64,000 bases of DNA from Oculina patagonica (lineage: Eukaryota): positions 1,922,001 to 1,986,000 of the forward strand of contig NW_027558036.1 of assembly GCF_052425735.1 (NCBI RefSeq), given 5' to 3'. Shown one piece after another: positions 22,095 to 35,183 of the stretch. The notes below the pieces were generated by a model. It had not been told where the DNA came from, searched no databases, and saw only the letters and a list, made by a program, of their open reading frames with translations. A program made the position numbers and the translations under genes. The first letter of the stretch is position 1; each line of letters starts with the position of its first letter.

Positions 22095-25000
22095 TTAAGA
22101 ATTCCTTAATCTCGAAAATTTGGAAGGAAAGCGGTCTATTTCCCCGTTTAACAAACAAAAACTTCAGAACTCGCGTAATTTTCACTCTATTCCCCTTGTA
22201 ACACGAAAGTTGTTTATCCTAAAACGCCTCGTTTTCATGTCTCGTACCAGTTTTTTTCCGCGCGTCCGCCATTTGTGAAATCGGTGTATCGGGGACGAGA
22301 ATGTTCTCGCCTCGCCCCGCCTCGTCCCCATTTTTCGCGCGGTCATTCATTTTTTGGCTTCAAGCTCGACGGACTCTGCGAAAAAATAGGGACAGCTCGT
22401 AGTCTAACCGCACGTGGTAAGCAATTCCAAAGGGTGATAGCGCTATATCGTGCGTTGTCCAGAGGCCGATTTATAACCTGGGATATTGAAACTGTTCTTC
22501 TTTCTCGTGTTACGGTCATGCACAACAGAACGTGTTACAAACTGATCACACAAATAATTGGGCGCTAGTCCCTTGACACATTTAAACGCAAGAATGCCTA
22601 CCGTATACGTCAAATAATTAACTACTCATGTTATATGGTCGCACGGCATGCTTTGCAAGCGTTTGTTTTTACTTTGCTTCTGTCGCTAAAGGAAGGCGTT
22701 TGAAAATCGAAAATATTTGGGGCATTTGGTGGTCTAAAAAAATAATATTTACTGGAAGTAAAAAAACACAAGATTAACATATATTTTTTGACAAACATGA
22801 TCGTAACGTTATGTCGCGCACCGCCATAATTCTGAAATTAAAAATGCGCTGGTTTCCGAACGAAGGGCGCTATTGAGTTGAAGTTTCGAACAGACATAAT
22901 TTTAATACCTCTTATGCCTGGTGCGGATAAACACGTTAGGGACTCCTTAGTTTTGTATATTATATAGTATATTATACTATTAGTACGCAAAAACGATCTA
23001 TTGAATGAATTTCACGCCGTATGTTATGAACGACAATTCAGTCCAAAAGTAACCATTTTAAACTCTGCCATGCAATACTTCAGAATTGACGAGATAGATC
23101 AAAGTTTTTTTTTTCTGAGGAAAGCATCTGCTGGCTGAGGTGAATTTAATCTTTCATTGTTCTTTTAGCCAATAACAAGCCATAAACCAGACATGAACGA
23201 GGGTCTGAAGGGGGTTTAGTGTTTAGTGTTATTCGGCACATAATTTTTTAGTGTTTGCTGTTAAATTGGCCAATTTTTTAATGCTTACTAGTACTGTTTC
23301 GGGAGAAAATGCCGTTAAGTATTTAGAGGGTATTTCGTAAAAAATCCATAGTCTTTACACTGCAAACATATATCTTTCGCATGTAAATATAACGACGACA
23401 ATATGGTGGAAATTTTTCGTATTTTTCCTCGGAAATATTCGGTAGTCTTCGGACATCTTTTGTAGTCTTCGGAAATATTCGGTAGTCTTCTGGAATCTTT
23501 GGTAGTCTTCGGTAATCTTCCAAAATGATCGGGAATCGTCGGAAAATGACCGAATACTTCCATGAGCGTCATTGCTGATCCAGATCTAAACAAGGACGTC
23601 AACCCGAATACAATTTGCTGTTGTTTTTGTGACTGGCCCTTGCCCGCCTAAATATTATATATAAAGGCTTAAACATTCCCCAGACATGAAACATTTTACG
23701 CTTTTTGAACCTTTCCTTATATTTCGCGCCTCTTGCCCGCGCTCAGTACCAGTGCAATAATGAACACAAAGGAAGAACCAGTTCTCTCGTTTTTACCGAA
23801 GTACTGAAATTTTGTTTCTGTGAGATTGAAGGTGAGAAATTACGAGTCAGAAACAAATGCTTAAAACCGGTAGACAAGCGCGCGGTGAATTTTGCAATAA
23901 ATGTCGGCATTCTTTCGATTCTTAAAAGCGTTTAGCATTATCTTAGTAACTGTTAAAGTTCAAATTGTTCGTCTCAGTGAAGTCTATTATATAATTGTGA
24001 AGTTGGTATTTTTGGAAAATAAAAGTTTAAGGAGCGAAATTTATTTCCCTTTCGTGTGTAAAAGTGGAGAAAAACGAAAGACTAGAAACAGATCTTGGAG
24101 ATTAAAATTAAAACCTGCGAGCTAGTCAATACTTTAAATTTGAATAATTAGATCATGAATAAAGTCACTCTGACAAATTAAACATTTCCACCTTTAATAC
24201 ATATTTTCTTATATTTGCGAAATAAACATTCAAACAATATCTTTAGCCTGGTATAATGTTACAAAAACATTGCCCCTATCACTGTTTTAAACTGAAACCG
24301 AATACAACTCAGCAATAACCAACTTCGTCAATGTATGATTTGTCAATCCCTTATGGAAATGTGCCAGCGCATCCTACAGAAATGTTAATGTTCTCAGAGA
24401 ATTAGAAAAGCAAAAACACAAAGGATTCGCGTTCCCTAGCTTATATGAAAAGTCAGCGGCATGGCAAAAGTTTCGGATTCTTCAGATCTTCATCACTGTG
24501 ATAAAAATACCTACACGCGTATTAAATAAGTCAGTGTTTAGTATAATAGCAGTTTTGAGGGAGTATTGGGGCTTGCCGTGTTGCCATTTTTTTTTATGCG
24601 GTGTTACGGTGAATAAAACCCCATCTCGCGGTGTTGCGGTGATCTCAAACCCTTGTGTTTTTAAACCGACTGTGTTTGGTGAAACGAAATTATTAGCGGT
24701 GTTACGGAACTAAATTCGTAGCACATACACATATTTATATTATTATTGTTATCCTCTTAATGGAGCGCGGAGTATGTTAAAAAAGCGCGTCCGCTACGGG
24801 GACTTTATTTTTACCGTAATACTCCAAAATGTTTAGACGACGTTTTTCTACGGACGAAAAATATTCAAACACTCTTTTTGTCCGACAGTTTTATCATCCG
24901 AACATTTATTCATCCTCATCGCTAATAAAGCGCCTGCTTTGCACGCACTCTAAGGTAACCGTACAGCTGCCACTGGCAAATAGAAAGTCTTTTTCTCTGT

Positions 25001-25789
25001 AGCTGTCATTTTTACTCGGTTTCTCACGATTTATAAACCAGGTTACTCACAGCAGCCTTTAACTGCTGATAGTACTAAAATTATAATCTTTATATTCAGA
25101 GAAGACTCGACAATAAGAGAAGTCGTTCTAGGGGAGGAAATAGGCGCAAGCCGGAAAAAATAATTGCAGAAGTTCGAAGACATTTCTTGTTAATAGTGAC
25201 AGCTAGAATTTATTCTAGTTGCTCCTAAACATTATTGGTCTAGCAAAATGTGGGTTTAATAAACAGCAGTGTTTATTGACAAAGTGACTAGGACTGCAGA
25301 TGTCTTTAAAATATATATATATATTTCCACAAAAATAAGGACTTTTTCTATTTTCTTTTCGGCACAAAATGTAAAAACCAAAAAAATTCTCAAACCAGTT
25401 GTTCCCAATAATTGTAAAAGGAAAACAATGCATTTTATATAATGATTACAGGTCGTTACATGAAATTTTCGCGCCTTTTAATTTTCAAAACAGCGAAAAA
25501 TGTAGCGAATAATTCGAGGTCGCTTATCTATTTGAACAAATTTGAAAAAATATATATCCAAATTCACAACACATATGTCGAAAAATGACAAAAAGCGCGA
25601 AATTATGTGTCGGGAAATAGCGCTCTTCAAACATCGCAAAATTAGTTGTCAGCTTTTTACCTCAGTCTCCTACGCACGAGCAAATAAACGGAACATAGTA
25701 AAAAAGACAGAGGAAGCTCTCGAGGATCACGTTTCGCCGCTTTTCTCTCAATTTTCCGCTGTTTCGCGTTCTTAGCGCCACATGAAATA

Positions 25790-26280
25790 CAGTCGAAGCT
25801 CTCGTAAGCGGGCACCCTCGAGACGCGAAAAAAGTGTCCATAACTGGAGCTGGCCGCTTACGAGAATGGTTTTCGTAAGCGGCCACTAGAGGTGTAGGGG
25901 ATAGATGGCCGCTTACAGGAGCTTGCCCAGCAAACAATAACCGGACGGACGTGGATGAGGACAAAACAAGCACTGAAATGTGGTACTCTAATTATTGTAA
26001 AATCATTGTCACGAAAGGCGATGTGAAGTTGGTTGATAAAAACAAGATACAGAGGTTGTTAGTAGGATTTTCTTTGGGGTGTTCGCTTACGGGAGCTCAA
26101 AAACAAAGAAAAAGTCCAAATCGTAATCCCTGCAAGTGTCCGCGGCCGCTTACGGGAATGTCCGCTAACGAGAATGTAAAACTACAGAGTTTGTATGGGA
26201 GTTAAAACGGGGTTTCAAATAAGGTGGCCGTAAGTAGAGCTGTCCGCTTACGAGAGTGTCCGTTAAGAGAGCTTCAACTG
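25790..26280. mobile_element. Tc1/mariner-type MITE (CAGT..ACTG, TA TSD)
   Basis: CAGTCGAAGCTCTCGTAAGCGG ... CCGTTAAGAGAGCTTCAACTG, TA flanks; GGCCGCTTAC internal motifs; empty site near 2821-2830. Confidence 0.8.
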
Positions 26281-26633
26281 TATACTCAAAGTTTCGTATT
26301 CTGATTAACATGTCCAGTTTAAAATTAAAATTAAGTAAAAGAGTATAATTCATGTCATCTGCTATGGACAATTATACAAAGCGTCCAGTACAAAAGCAAT
26401 CATGTTTTTAAACTCTCTAAACATTTTTAAAATCCTACAAGACATGCAGATCAAAGTTTTTTTTAAGACATCGTCTGAGGTGCTTATAATTATTTTTCTT
26501 TGTGACCCAATTCTTGTACGTATGTCATGTATAACGTCAGAAACAAAACAAACATGCTAACAAAACATCATAAATCAGACATGAATGTCCAAGGCATTGA
26601 TTGACAAATTAATTTATATGTAAAATGGAACGC

Positions 26634-26800
26634 ATTGCTGGTTTGCAACCACGTGACAAAGCGGCCATGTTGGGGGTCAAAACAATAAAATAAATTTTCG
26701 CAAAATTTGCATGATAAAAACGTTAAATTCCCAGTGGAGGGAAACGCTTTGTTCTTGTCTCCCGGCATGGCCACCGTGACGTCAGTTGCAAGCCAGCAAT
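26634..26800. mobile_element. Short MITE
   Basis: ATTGCTGGTTTGCAAC ... GTTGCAAGCCAGCAAT; absent from the paralogous site at ~3230. Confidence 0.7.
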
Positions 26801-28600
26801 ACGGTTAACTTCCTTAGTGTCTCTCTGTTGTTAAGGTTTTATTCACAATTAAAGAAAGCAAACATCACTAGTCTTTGGGTGCACTTTGGCAGCAAGAGAT
26901 CAATGACTTAGGTGAACTTTAGCCGGACTTAGCTGTCTCGCCCTGCTTCTAACAGGCGTAAGTCAACCAAGCGTGATATTTATCTGAGCGCAAGAAACTG
27001 GCACGAGACTCGGAAACACGAAAAAAACAAATTTGGGAAAACATGCTTATCAAAATTCCGTTGCCATGGCAATGTCAAGTTCCTGACACAACATTCTGTG
27101 CCACTAAATTTATTCCAGATAAATTTTAGATAAACTCACAAAGTTTGGCAGGGTTTGGTTGAATCGTGGAAAAGTTATAAGCGTTTAAAGTCAGGGCGGG
27201 TCTCAAAAGCCCCACCCCCCGGTCTGAATAGGAGGTATTCCGCCTATTGACGTTTTCGATAAAGAAAACAATTAAAACAATTGCGATAAAAACCATTTGC
27301 GGCACTGACTTAAACTGAGATACCTTAGAAAGAAGCCTTTCGGGCCATTTGTGACCCTGATTACGCCAGCATTACCCGCTGTCTAGTCAATGCCAATAAA
27401 AGTCCCTCCTAATTCACATGTTACGCATTTGCTGATAATGAAGCGCTTTTGATTTTCAGTAAGATCGTATCATAGGTAAAGGTAAAGGTAAACTTTATTT
27501 ATGCAGGGTGGCCCATTCAGCACAGTGGCTGGTATCCGGAGGGGCCCTGCTAAATACAATTTATAAAAATATAATATATCTAAAATTTAAAAATAGTTAT
27601 AAAAATAGAGTTAAAACTTATGTCTAATACTTGAAATAGTTATATAAAAGAGAGTTTAAAAACTGAAACGGATTACAAGCAAGTAATCAAAAGAGTCGGA
27701 AGTAATCAAAGGAGTCGGAAATCAAAAGAGTCGTAAGGTCCTCGGAAATACTCTGATACGTTTTCGACCACAAAACGTTTTCAATCCTTAATGAAATGTT
27801 TGAGAAAAACAGACGACCCCTGGCCAAAAACCACACCTGAACATTCTAAAACACATGGAAACCAACAAGAAACCGATTAACCAAATGCAAGGCTGATTGT
27901 CCGAACAGCCTTGCATTTGATTATCGTTTTACTCTATATTGCTGATCCTGATCTACGCCAAGATCCGGCTTCACTTTGCTTCTGTTTAATTTGTACAAGT
28001 GGGCCTTGCATTATTTTGGTACCGTTAACAAGAAACCACTCAGACGTTCTTTCACTGGGCAACATAGTGGCGCATTTTCTTAGGTGTAAAGTTCTACTTC
28101 TTTAGGTTATTTTATATAACTGGTCTCTTGTAACCCTTCCTCTATTGACTCTATCGCTTATAACTGACTTTCTTTATGCACATCTTATACGTATGCGCTT
28201 GGACGTGCTTTCGACCTTTACGGACCTCTTCCAGATTTGGCAGTGGTAGTCGTATGGTCGCTGTATAATGTTCTTTAGAATGTTCCAGATTTCCTGTAAG
28301 AGATCCGAAGCACTCGAATGCTCTTCGTAAACAATCGCGCGAGATCGACAGATAGTCCACACTAACAAAAAAAATGTAAAATTAAGGTGAGGTAAAACTA
28401 ACTACTTTCTGTCAAAATTTGAACCGAAAGCTGAGAAATAGGTAAGATGTTATACGAAAGTTAAGAAATGGCTGAGATCTTAACTGATAACTAATATCCA
28501 GCACCCCACCCTACCCTTAAGTTGAATTTTTACCTGGCACATAAATTAAAAAAAATGTCGTTTCTTTCTTTTAGCAAAGTTTGAAAAGAACTTGTTAACG

Positions 28601-28661
28601 ATGTGCAAGTGGATCTATTTATCGCTGCTAGCGATTCTCTTATCAGTATGGAAATTAAAAG
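28601..28661 (+). CDS. Host gene exon: signal peptide MCKWIYLSLLAILLSVWKLK
   Basis: Acceptor TTTCTTTCTTTTAG at 28574, ATG at 28601, hydrophobic core, donor G|GTAAGA; phase 1 matches the next exon. Confidence 0.75.
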
Positions 28662-29552
28662 GTAAGATGTTAGATGATAAAATCATTTGAGACGAAAACA
28701 TTCCTGCGGCATGAAATACTTATAATTGTCATGACATGTATAAACATGGAAATATTTTGTTTACAGTAAAAGGTAGATACAGTAGGTAAAAATCGGACGA
28801 ACGTCGTAAAATGCCGGTTATACCTTTCTGGGCTTAGAATTTTGTCAGGGGTTTTGGCTTGGCTGTTTACAGTTGAGTTTATTTCTGAGCGGGCTTATCA
28901 GTAACGTCATATAAAAACCGTTTCGCTAACATGCAGCGTTTTAAAGTATCTCATGAGCGATGTATTGCAAAAGCCACTCAGATGAAAAGATGTATATAAT
29001 TGATGTGTACTTTGTTTGCAAACTTGTTTATTGTCCATTTTACATTGAACTGCAATGTTCTATGAGGACGTTACTGGGTTGACATGGACATTTTGAATGG
29101 AAGGGAGATTATATCCAGGGGGACTAATAATCGGAATAGGACGGGTATAACCGACATTGACGGATTAAACATTTAAAAGTCGGTTTTATAAATTAGATAG
29201 GGCTTTCATATGTCTAGCAGTAAGAGAAATTGTCTACTTGGCGCCGAGTTTGGATTTTTTTCCGCTGCGAAAAAAAAAAAACATAAAAACATTGCAATTT
29301 TGATTGGACCAACGACCTTGCTTACAAAACATAAAAAAAACATCACATGTACAAGGAGTAATCTGGAACAATTAAACTTCTACTTCTTAACAAACTGTTC
29401 GTTATTTTTGTTTTCGAGTTATTTGCCTTTTGCAACAGCCTAAACAATATCACGTTTCTCATAACAGTTTGATTTCTTTTATCTTACAAGTGTTGCTATT
29501 TCTTTTTTTAATTATAACGACATATCTGACATTATCGCATTCTATTTAACAG

Positions 29553-29942
29553 TTGTGTATTGCACACAATGCGACTTTGACTTAGACTTAGACGCCAGAA
29601 GGACCATTCACTTCGATTCATTGGGGAAGGATCGGCGGTTCTGTGCAAGAAGACCGTATTGCAGCTGTGTTATCACGGCCTTACCGGAACATCATATCCG
29701 GTTAAAATTTGTGATTTTCAATCTGGCGAACTATTATAACATTTACGGTGATTTGACACAAGACTGGCTTTACGTATATAATGGTAATTCATCACACCTG
29801 AATACGTTATTGGGGAGTTTTACCGGAACAAAGCAATCATTCGCAGTGCAGTCAAGTGGCCGTTTTATGATGATCCAGTTGAAAAGGGATGGCTGGTCTC
29901 GCACTATCTTCAAAGCCTCTTACAATTACAGCACAACAAAAG
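29553..29942 (+). CDS. Host gene exon: CUB domain
   Basis: TAACAG acceptor, AAG|GTAAGC donor, phase 1-1; C..VITA....IRLKF..FNL...DWLYVYNG...LLGSFTG......SSGRFM....FKASY. Confidence 0.85.
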
Positions 29943-30342
29943 GTAAGCAGTGTTTATCGTCGTACAGAGGGTTTATTTCAGAGGTTGAAACTGTTACATT
30001 CCTACACTTATCAATTTAACTGTCAGACGGACGTTTGAACATCTTTGAGAGAAGCTTTAGTTGACGAACCTTATATTTTACACAGTTGCTTTTTTATCCT
30101 TTAAAAAACGCTTTGCACAAGGATCGGTAGAAGAGACGGAAATTTCTAAGAATAAGTGAGGTAAAGTTGCAGACAATTTGGATAGTTTTATGTGATAGGG
30201 AGGGAGAATAAATTATTTTTTGTTACTTTGAACTTGATTTATTTCCTGTTATCTTCATTGAAGTCATCGGCTTCTTAGTAAAATTCTGCTAGTATACTAA
30301 TGCAAATGCTGTAATCTGATTGGCTCGGCTACTGTACAGTAA

Positions 30343-30599
30343 AGGGGCGGATCCAGGGGGGAGTGTATTGTGTGGCTAGCCATTCTCGATCCAGCAAAAA
30401 CTAAAATAAATACAATGAAAAGGAAGTAAGGATAATGACACTTAGTAACGTGTAAAATTGTTGATATTGTTAGCTCAGACAAGGTTAAAATATTTGCTAA
30501 CATCCACTCCTTCCATAACAAGCCTGGGGCTAAAATAAAATAATCAACAAAATATTTGTAAACAGCCACCCCCTTCGAAAAATTCTGGATCCGCCCCTG
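30343..30599. mobile_element. MITE (hAT-like termini)
   Basis: AGGGGCGGATCCAG ... CTGGATCCGCCCCTG; no clear TSD. Confidence 0.55.
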
Positions 30600-30924
30600 T
30601 ACTATCAGCCATTGGTTTGCAGTGGCTGAAAGTCGTCAAGAGAATGGCGAAATTTTCTTGTTTCTCGTAAGTTTTGATAGAACGCCTAGAAATATAATTG
30701 GAAAAGACTAAAAGAAGGAAATTTACAGTCAAAACGTCAAAATTTACCGAAGGAACGGATTAGTTTCAAACCACAATTCAGTCCGCGAACGATTTCATAA
30801 AGCGCGAAGTTCAATGTTACTTCAAATGTGAAAAATAACTGCATGTGTCATTAGAAATTGTTATCTAGAGGGAAATGAGTTAGAAACAATAAGATTATTT
30901 TCTCTTGATTCTATTTAAACAATA

Positions 30925-32078
30925 GAGTGTATCTGTCGAGGAACTGTCGGCTGATAGTTGCCCCGCAGAAAATTGATGTTCTTAAAACAAATATTAGCCC
31001 GAGAAGCGTAGCTTCGAGGGCTAATATGCTAGTTTTAAGAACATCAAATTCCCAAGGGGCAACTATCAGACCGATAGTTCCGAGACAGAAACACTCTATT
31101 GTCTTTATTGTTTACCACTAACTTTTTTTCCGAGCGCCCATACAAAAACGAGCATCGTGAATTAGTTTTTACTTTTTAGGATAAAAATCTCAATTGAAAG
31201 CCGAAATTTAACACACGAAACAAAACCAGACAAGAAACCCACTAAATGTAGTGAATTTGGTTGGGTTTTTTTGTCTGCAGGCTCGCTTGTTTACAAAAAA
31301 AAGTCACGAGCGGGCACTATCGATCCGGGCATTTTTCTTCTGCGGGCACCATTTTAACAATAGTGTTTCTGTCGAGGAAACACTATTGTTGATGTTCTTA
31401 ACACTATTGTTGATGTTCTTAAAACAAATATTAGCCCGAGAAGGGAAGCTACGAGGGCAAATATGCTAGTTTTAAGAACATCAAATTTCCAAGGGGCAAC
31501 TATCAGACCGATAGTTCCGAGACAGAAACACTCTATTGTCTTTATTGTTCACCACTAAATTTTCTTCCGCGCACACATACAAAAACGAGCATCGTAAATT
31601 ATTTTTACTTTTCAGGATAAAAAAACTCAATTGAAAGCCGAAATTTAACAAACGAAACAAAACCAGACAAGAAACCCACTAAATGCAGTGAATTTGGTTG
31701 GGTTTTTTGTCTGCAGGCAGCTTGTTTACAAAAAAAAAGGCACGGGCGGGCACTATCGATCCGGGCATTTTTCTTCGGCGGGGCACTATGGGCTGATAGT
31801 GCCCTCCGGCGGACGGGCACTATCGCGTCACGTGATCAATTTAAACCAATCAGAATCGGAGAAAATTTAGTGGTGAACTATAAGGGCTGAAAGTGCCCTC
31901 CGGTGGACGAACACTATCGCGTCACGTGATCAATTAAAACCAATCAAAATCGGAGAAAATTTAGTGGTGAATTATAAGGGCTGATAGTGCCCTCCGGTGT
32001 ACGAACACCCCCCTATCGCGTCACGTGATCAATTTAAACCAATCTGAATCGGAGAAAATTTCAGTGGTGAACTATAAG
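30925..32078. repeat. Composite tandem repeat: two ~430-bp units then three ~93-bp units
   Basis: GTCGAGGAA...GATGTTCTTAAAACAAATATTAGCCCGAGAAG... occurs twice; CTATCGCGTCACGTGATCAATTTAAACCAATCAGAATCGGAGAAAATTTAGTGGTGAA occurs three times. Confidence 0.8.
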
Positions 32079-32491
32079 AGGTGATAGCTGATTCGGCCAT
32101 CGGCCTCAACTATACATCACCTCATAGAAATCTCGAGCTCATCTAATTGTTAAATAATATACGAAACAGACTTTTATAATTAAGAAGCTGGCTGTGTAAG
32201 ATCGGACCAGTCAATTTTTAGCGGAAAATGAAAATCTTTTATTTTCTTTACGAAAGTTAAACATCCCGTGCCACACACAATTTAACAAATCGTTAACGTC
32301 ACATCGTGCATTATTGAGTTAAGGATGAACGCGGGAGGTTGCTAGACAAGAAAGAACTAAGAGTCGCTCGAGGCGACTCTATATTGTTAAGTGTTTGACA
32401 AACCTCCCAAGTGCATCCAGTTTGTTTCCCATCAAGGGGAACATCGAAGGGAAACAAACTCACTGTTTCCCGCGGGACAGTCATTAAATGT

Positions 32492-32954
32492 TTTGTTATA
32501 CCCCCTAACTGAAATTAAACGCTTTGTTGTCTTCATTTGTTCATCACTAAATTTTCCTTCGGTGAAAACTACATAAATTTATTCACTGAAATTGTTAACA
32601 CTGCGCGATACTTCAAGCTTTCCAATTTGCATTGAGATGTTTTCTTCTTTGAGCCAAATGAAATTTTTGTATGTACAAAACATTTATATCTTAACTGTTG
32701 ACTCCCGAGTACGAAAAAACACGATGACTAAAAGTTTACCATTTATCCACAACTTTGAATGGCTTTGCGTTGATTCCAGGACTTGATACCGTGGTTTCCT
32801 GATCACATGCAAGATCAAAGGTTCAACCTGTTGTCGCCCTAGGGAGTTAGTGAGTTTTCTTCGCCCTAGGGAGTTATACAGTTTTGACGCGCGTCACGTG
32901 ATATGCTCTCTTCCATGCAGTAGAAAACTGCATTTCAGTTGGGGGTATAACAAA
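32492..32954. mobile_element. MITE-like element
   Basis: TTTGTTATACCCCCTAACTGAAAT ... ATTTCAGTTGGGGGTATAACAAA inverted pair. Confidence 0.55.
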
Positions 32955-33843
32955 TCTTGATAGTTCACGCTGTGGCGTTTACCTTTTTTTGTAGCACAAT
33001 TTTATGCGCTTTACTGCAGTTTCTCTGTATTAAAACTGCGCGGGCAAAAGTTACTCTCTCAATTCAGAATTGAACTTTGAATTGGATTCTGAATTCTGAA
33101 TTTTTGAATTTAAAGTAACATGTGTAGTACTCACCAAAAAAGAGGTAAATCTTTTTAATAGGTGATTTTTTTTTCTGTCTATATCTTTCTCAGGTCGTTT
33201 TCTTCTGGTCAGATTTTTCTCATTTTTCTTTCTTCGCTTGCATCACTTCCTTGATCTTCTTCCTCCATCTTTCCTTTTGCAGGATAATTCTTTATATTTT
33301 TTGTATCCTTTTTGGGGGTAAATGATTCGTTAATCCACCAAGACAGAACAGAGATGCTTGAAGAGTTCGCGGAGCAATAATAAATTTGAGGTTCGAAACG
33401 CGCTCAAAGCGGAGGAAAAAAACCGTTGATAAAACAAAGTGTTGTACAAAGTTGTCTTGTGTGGAAAAATAATTAAAAAATGTTGATCAAAAACATAAAA
33501 TGCTAAAAGTCGAGAAAAACCAGAATGTCAATCAAGAAAGACAAGAATAAAATGTTGAACCAAAAATAATGTTTTGTCGTCTTTGCGCGTTCGAATCACA
33601 AATCTTCAAACTTTTTGAAAATAGGTCAAATAAAAAAAAAATAGAAAAAAGGTGACCAAAAAAAAGAAAAACATAAAAATGAGGTCTGCTGAAAATAAAA
33701 GATGTGGACTGAAAATAAAAGATGTGGAAAAGGTGCTAATGTCAACGTCTCTGAAGAAGAAAAATAACAGAAGATTGAAATTAAAAAAAACAAACAAACA
33801 AACAAAACCAATAACAAAGAAGGGACGACGCGGTAAGGGACAT

Positions 33844-33960
33844 GAAGCAGTGGTGGCGCAGTGGCGAGAATGCTCGCCTCCCACCGATATCTCCTGGGTT
33901 CGATTCCCAGACGCGGCGTCATATGTGTGTTGAGTTTGTTGTTGGTTCTCGTCATTGCTT
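33844..33960 (+). mobile_element. tRNA-derived SINE head (truncated)
   Basis: A box TGGCGCAGTGG and B box GGTTCGATTCC, followed by a non-tRNA body; the cloverleaf is degraded. Confidence 0.7.
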
Positions 33961-34560
33961 CCCGTTATCCTGATTCTGGAAGCCGGTGCACCAAGAGTGT
34001 TTAGAGAAGTGGAAGAAAACGAACTAAGAAAAGCACGAAAAAGGATCCGTTTTGTCCCCAACGCTGCAACCCGTTCGAAGGTGCACGTGGGACATGCCTT
34101 TCTGTTGTTTTTTTGTATTTGAGGCGGTTCGAGGGCCGTAGTGCAATGGACCCCCTTCCATTCACTACAGAAAAGAAAACAACAGAAACAAACGGGAATG
34201 AACCGCCAAAGGTGAGAGGGCACCCTCATACGAGGCCGGCCCGCCAACTTCGCCAGGGAGTCGAACCCCGCCTCACCTACAGGATAAAAAGACTGGATAA
34301 AAGACGCGAGAGGAAAAGCAATACGAAAGACCAAAAGAGAAAAGAGAACATGGTTAAAAACTCAATTCCAATTTGGCTAAAAATGCGACAAACAATTTCA
34401 AAAGACAAAAAGAAAGAAGAATTGGGTTAAAAATATCAATTTCGTAATTTGGCTAAAAAAGTAACAAACAATTTCAATTTCGTAATTTGACTAGAAAAGT
34501 AACAAACATTTCCCAATGCAGAATGCAACCTTATTTAGGTTTCCGCACAGATCATCTCAC

Positions 34561-35130
34561 AACGTCCGCTAAGACCAACCAATTAACATCCAAATAAGGA
34601 CCGAAACCACACAGTGGAGCCCACGAGAAGGAATAGCTTGAATAACTTAAAAAAGATACAAGAAAAAAGTGTCCAGACGGGAAAAAACCGAATACGAGTG
34701 ACAAAGGACCTGGGAAATGTTTAGAGACATGGAGATGCTAAAAGGAAAGTCCCAAAGGCCTCCCATGCAGGATGCAACGATGTTCAGGCTTCCCTACTGA
34801 TCTTCCGACAACGTCCACGAGGACCAACCAATTAAACGTCCCAATTAAGGCGACCGAGAGCACCCACCAATTCATAAGCAAACGGAAGAAACAGCTTAAA
34901 TAACCTGAAAAAGAGGCAAGAAAAAAGTTCCGAAAGCAAGTGACAAAGAACCAGGAAGATGTTTAGAGACATAGAGATGCTTAAAGGAAAGTTCCAAAGG
35001 TCTCCATGCAGGATGCGACAACGTTTAGGATTCCCTACTGAACTTCCGACAACGTCCACGAGGACCAACCAATTAACCGTCCGAAAAGGACCCAACACGC
35101 ACAGTACATCCAATTAAGGCGACCGCGCGA
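34561..35130. repeat. ~245-bp tandem repeat in the Tx1 3' UTR (~2.3 units)
   Basis: AACGTCC...GACCAACCAATTAA at 34561, 34810 and 35051, with colinear intervening sequence. Confidence 0.8.
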
Positions 35131-35183
35131 ACCAACCAATTTACAACCAATTATTCAACCAATTAAAACGTGTGAGTAAAAAA

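Larger units (their letters stand above)
23720..27015. repeat. Second copy of the diverged long repeat block
   Basis: Colinear with 1050-5575; carries two MITE insertions absent from the first copy. Confidence 0.7.

Noticed and set aside
33844-33925. tRNA gene (also A/B-box-like sequence at ~46694-46770)
   Set aside because: Acceptor and anticodon stems do not form; sequence continues into a SINE-like body.
34131-34155. U1 or U2 snRNA gene or target site
   Set aside because: Only the loop matches; no U1 5' end, U1-70K loop or Sm site nearby.
33606-34430. 242-aa and other ORFs here
   Set aside because: They run across A/T tracts, a SINE and the Tx1 3' UTR; composition artefacts.
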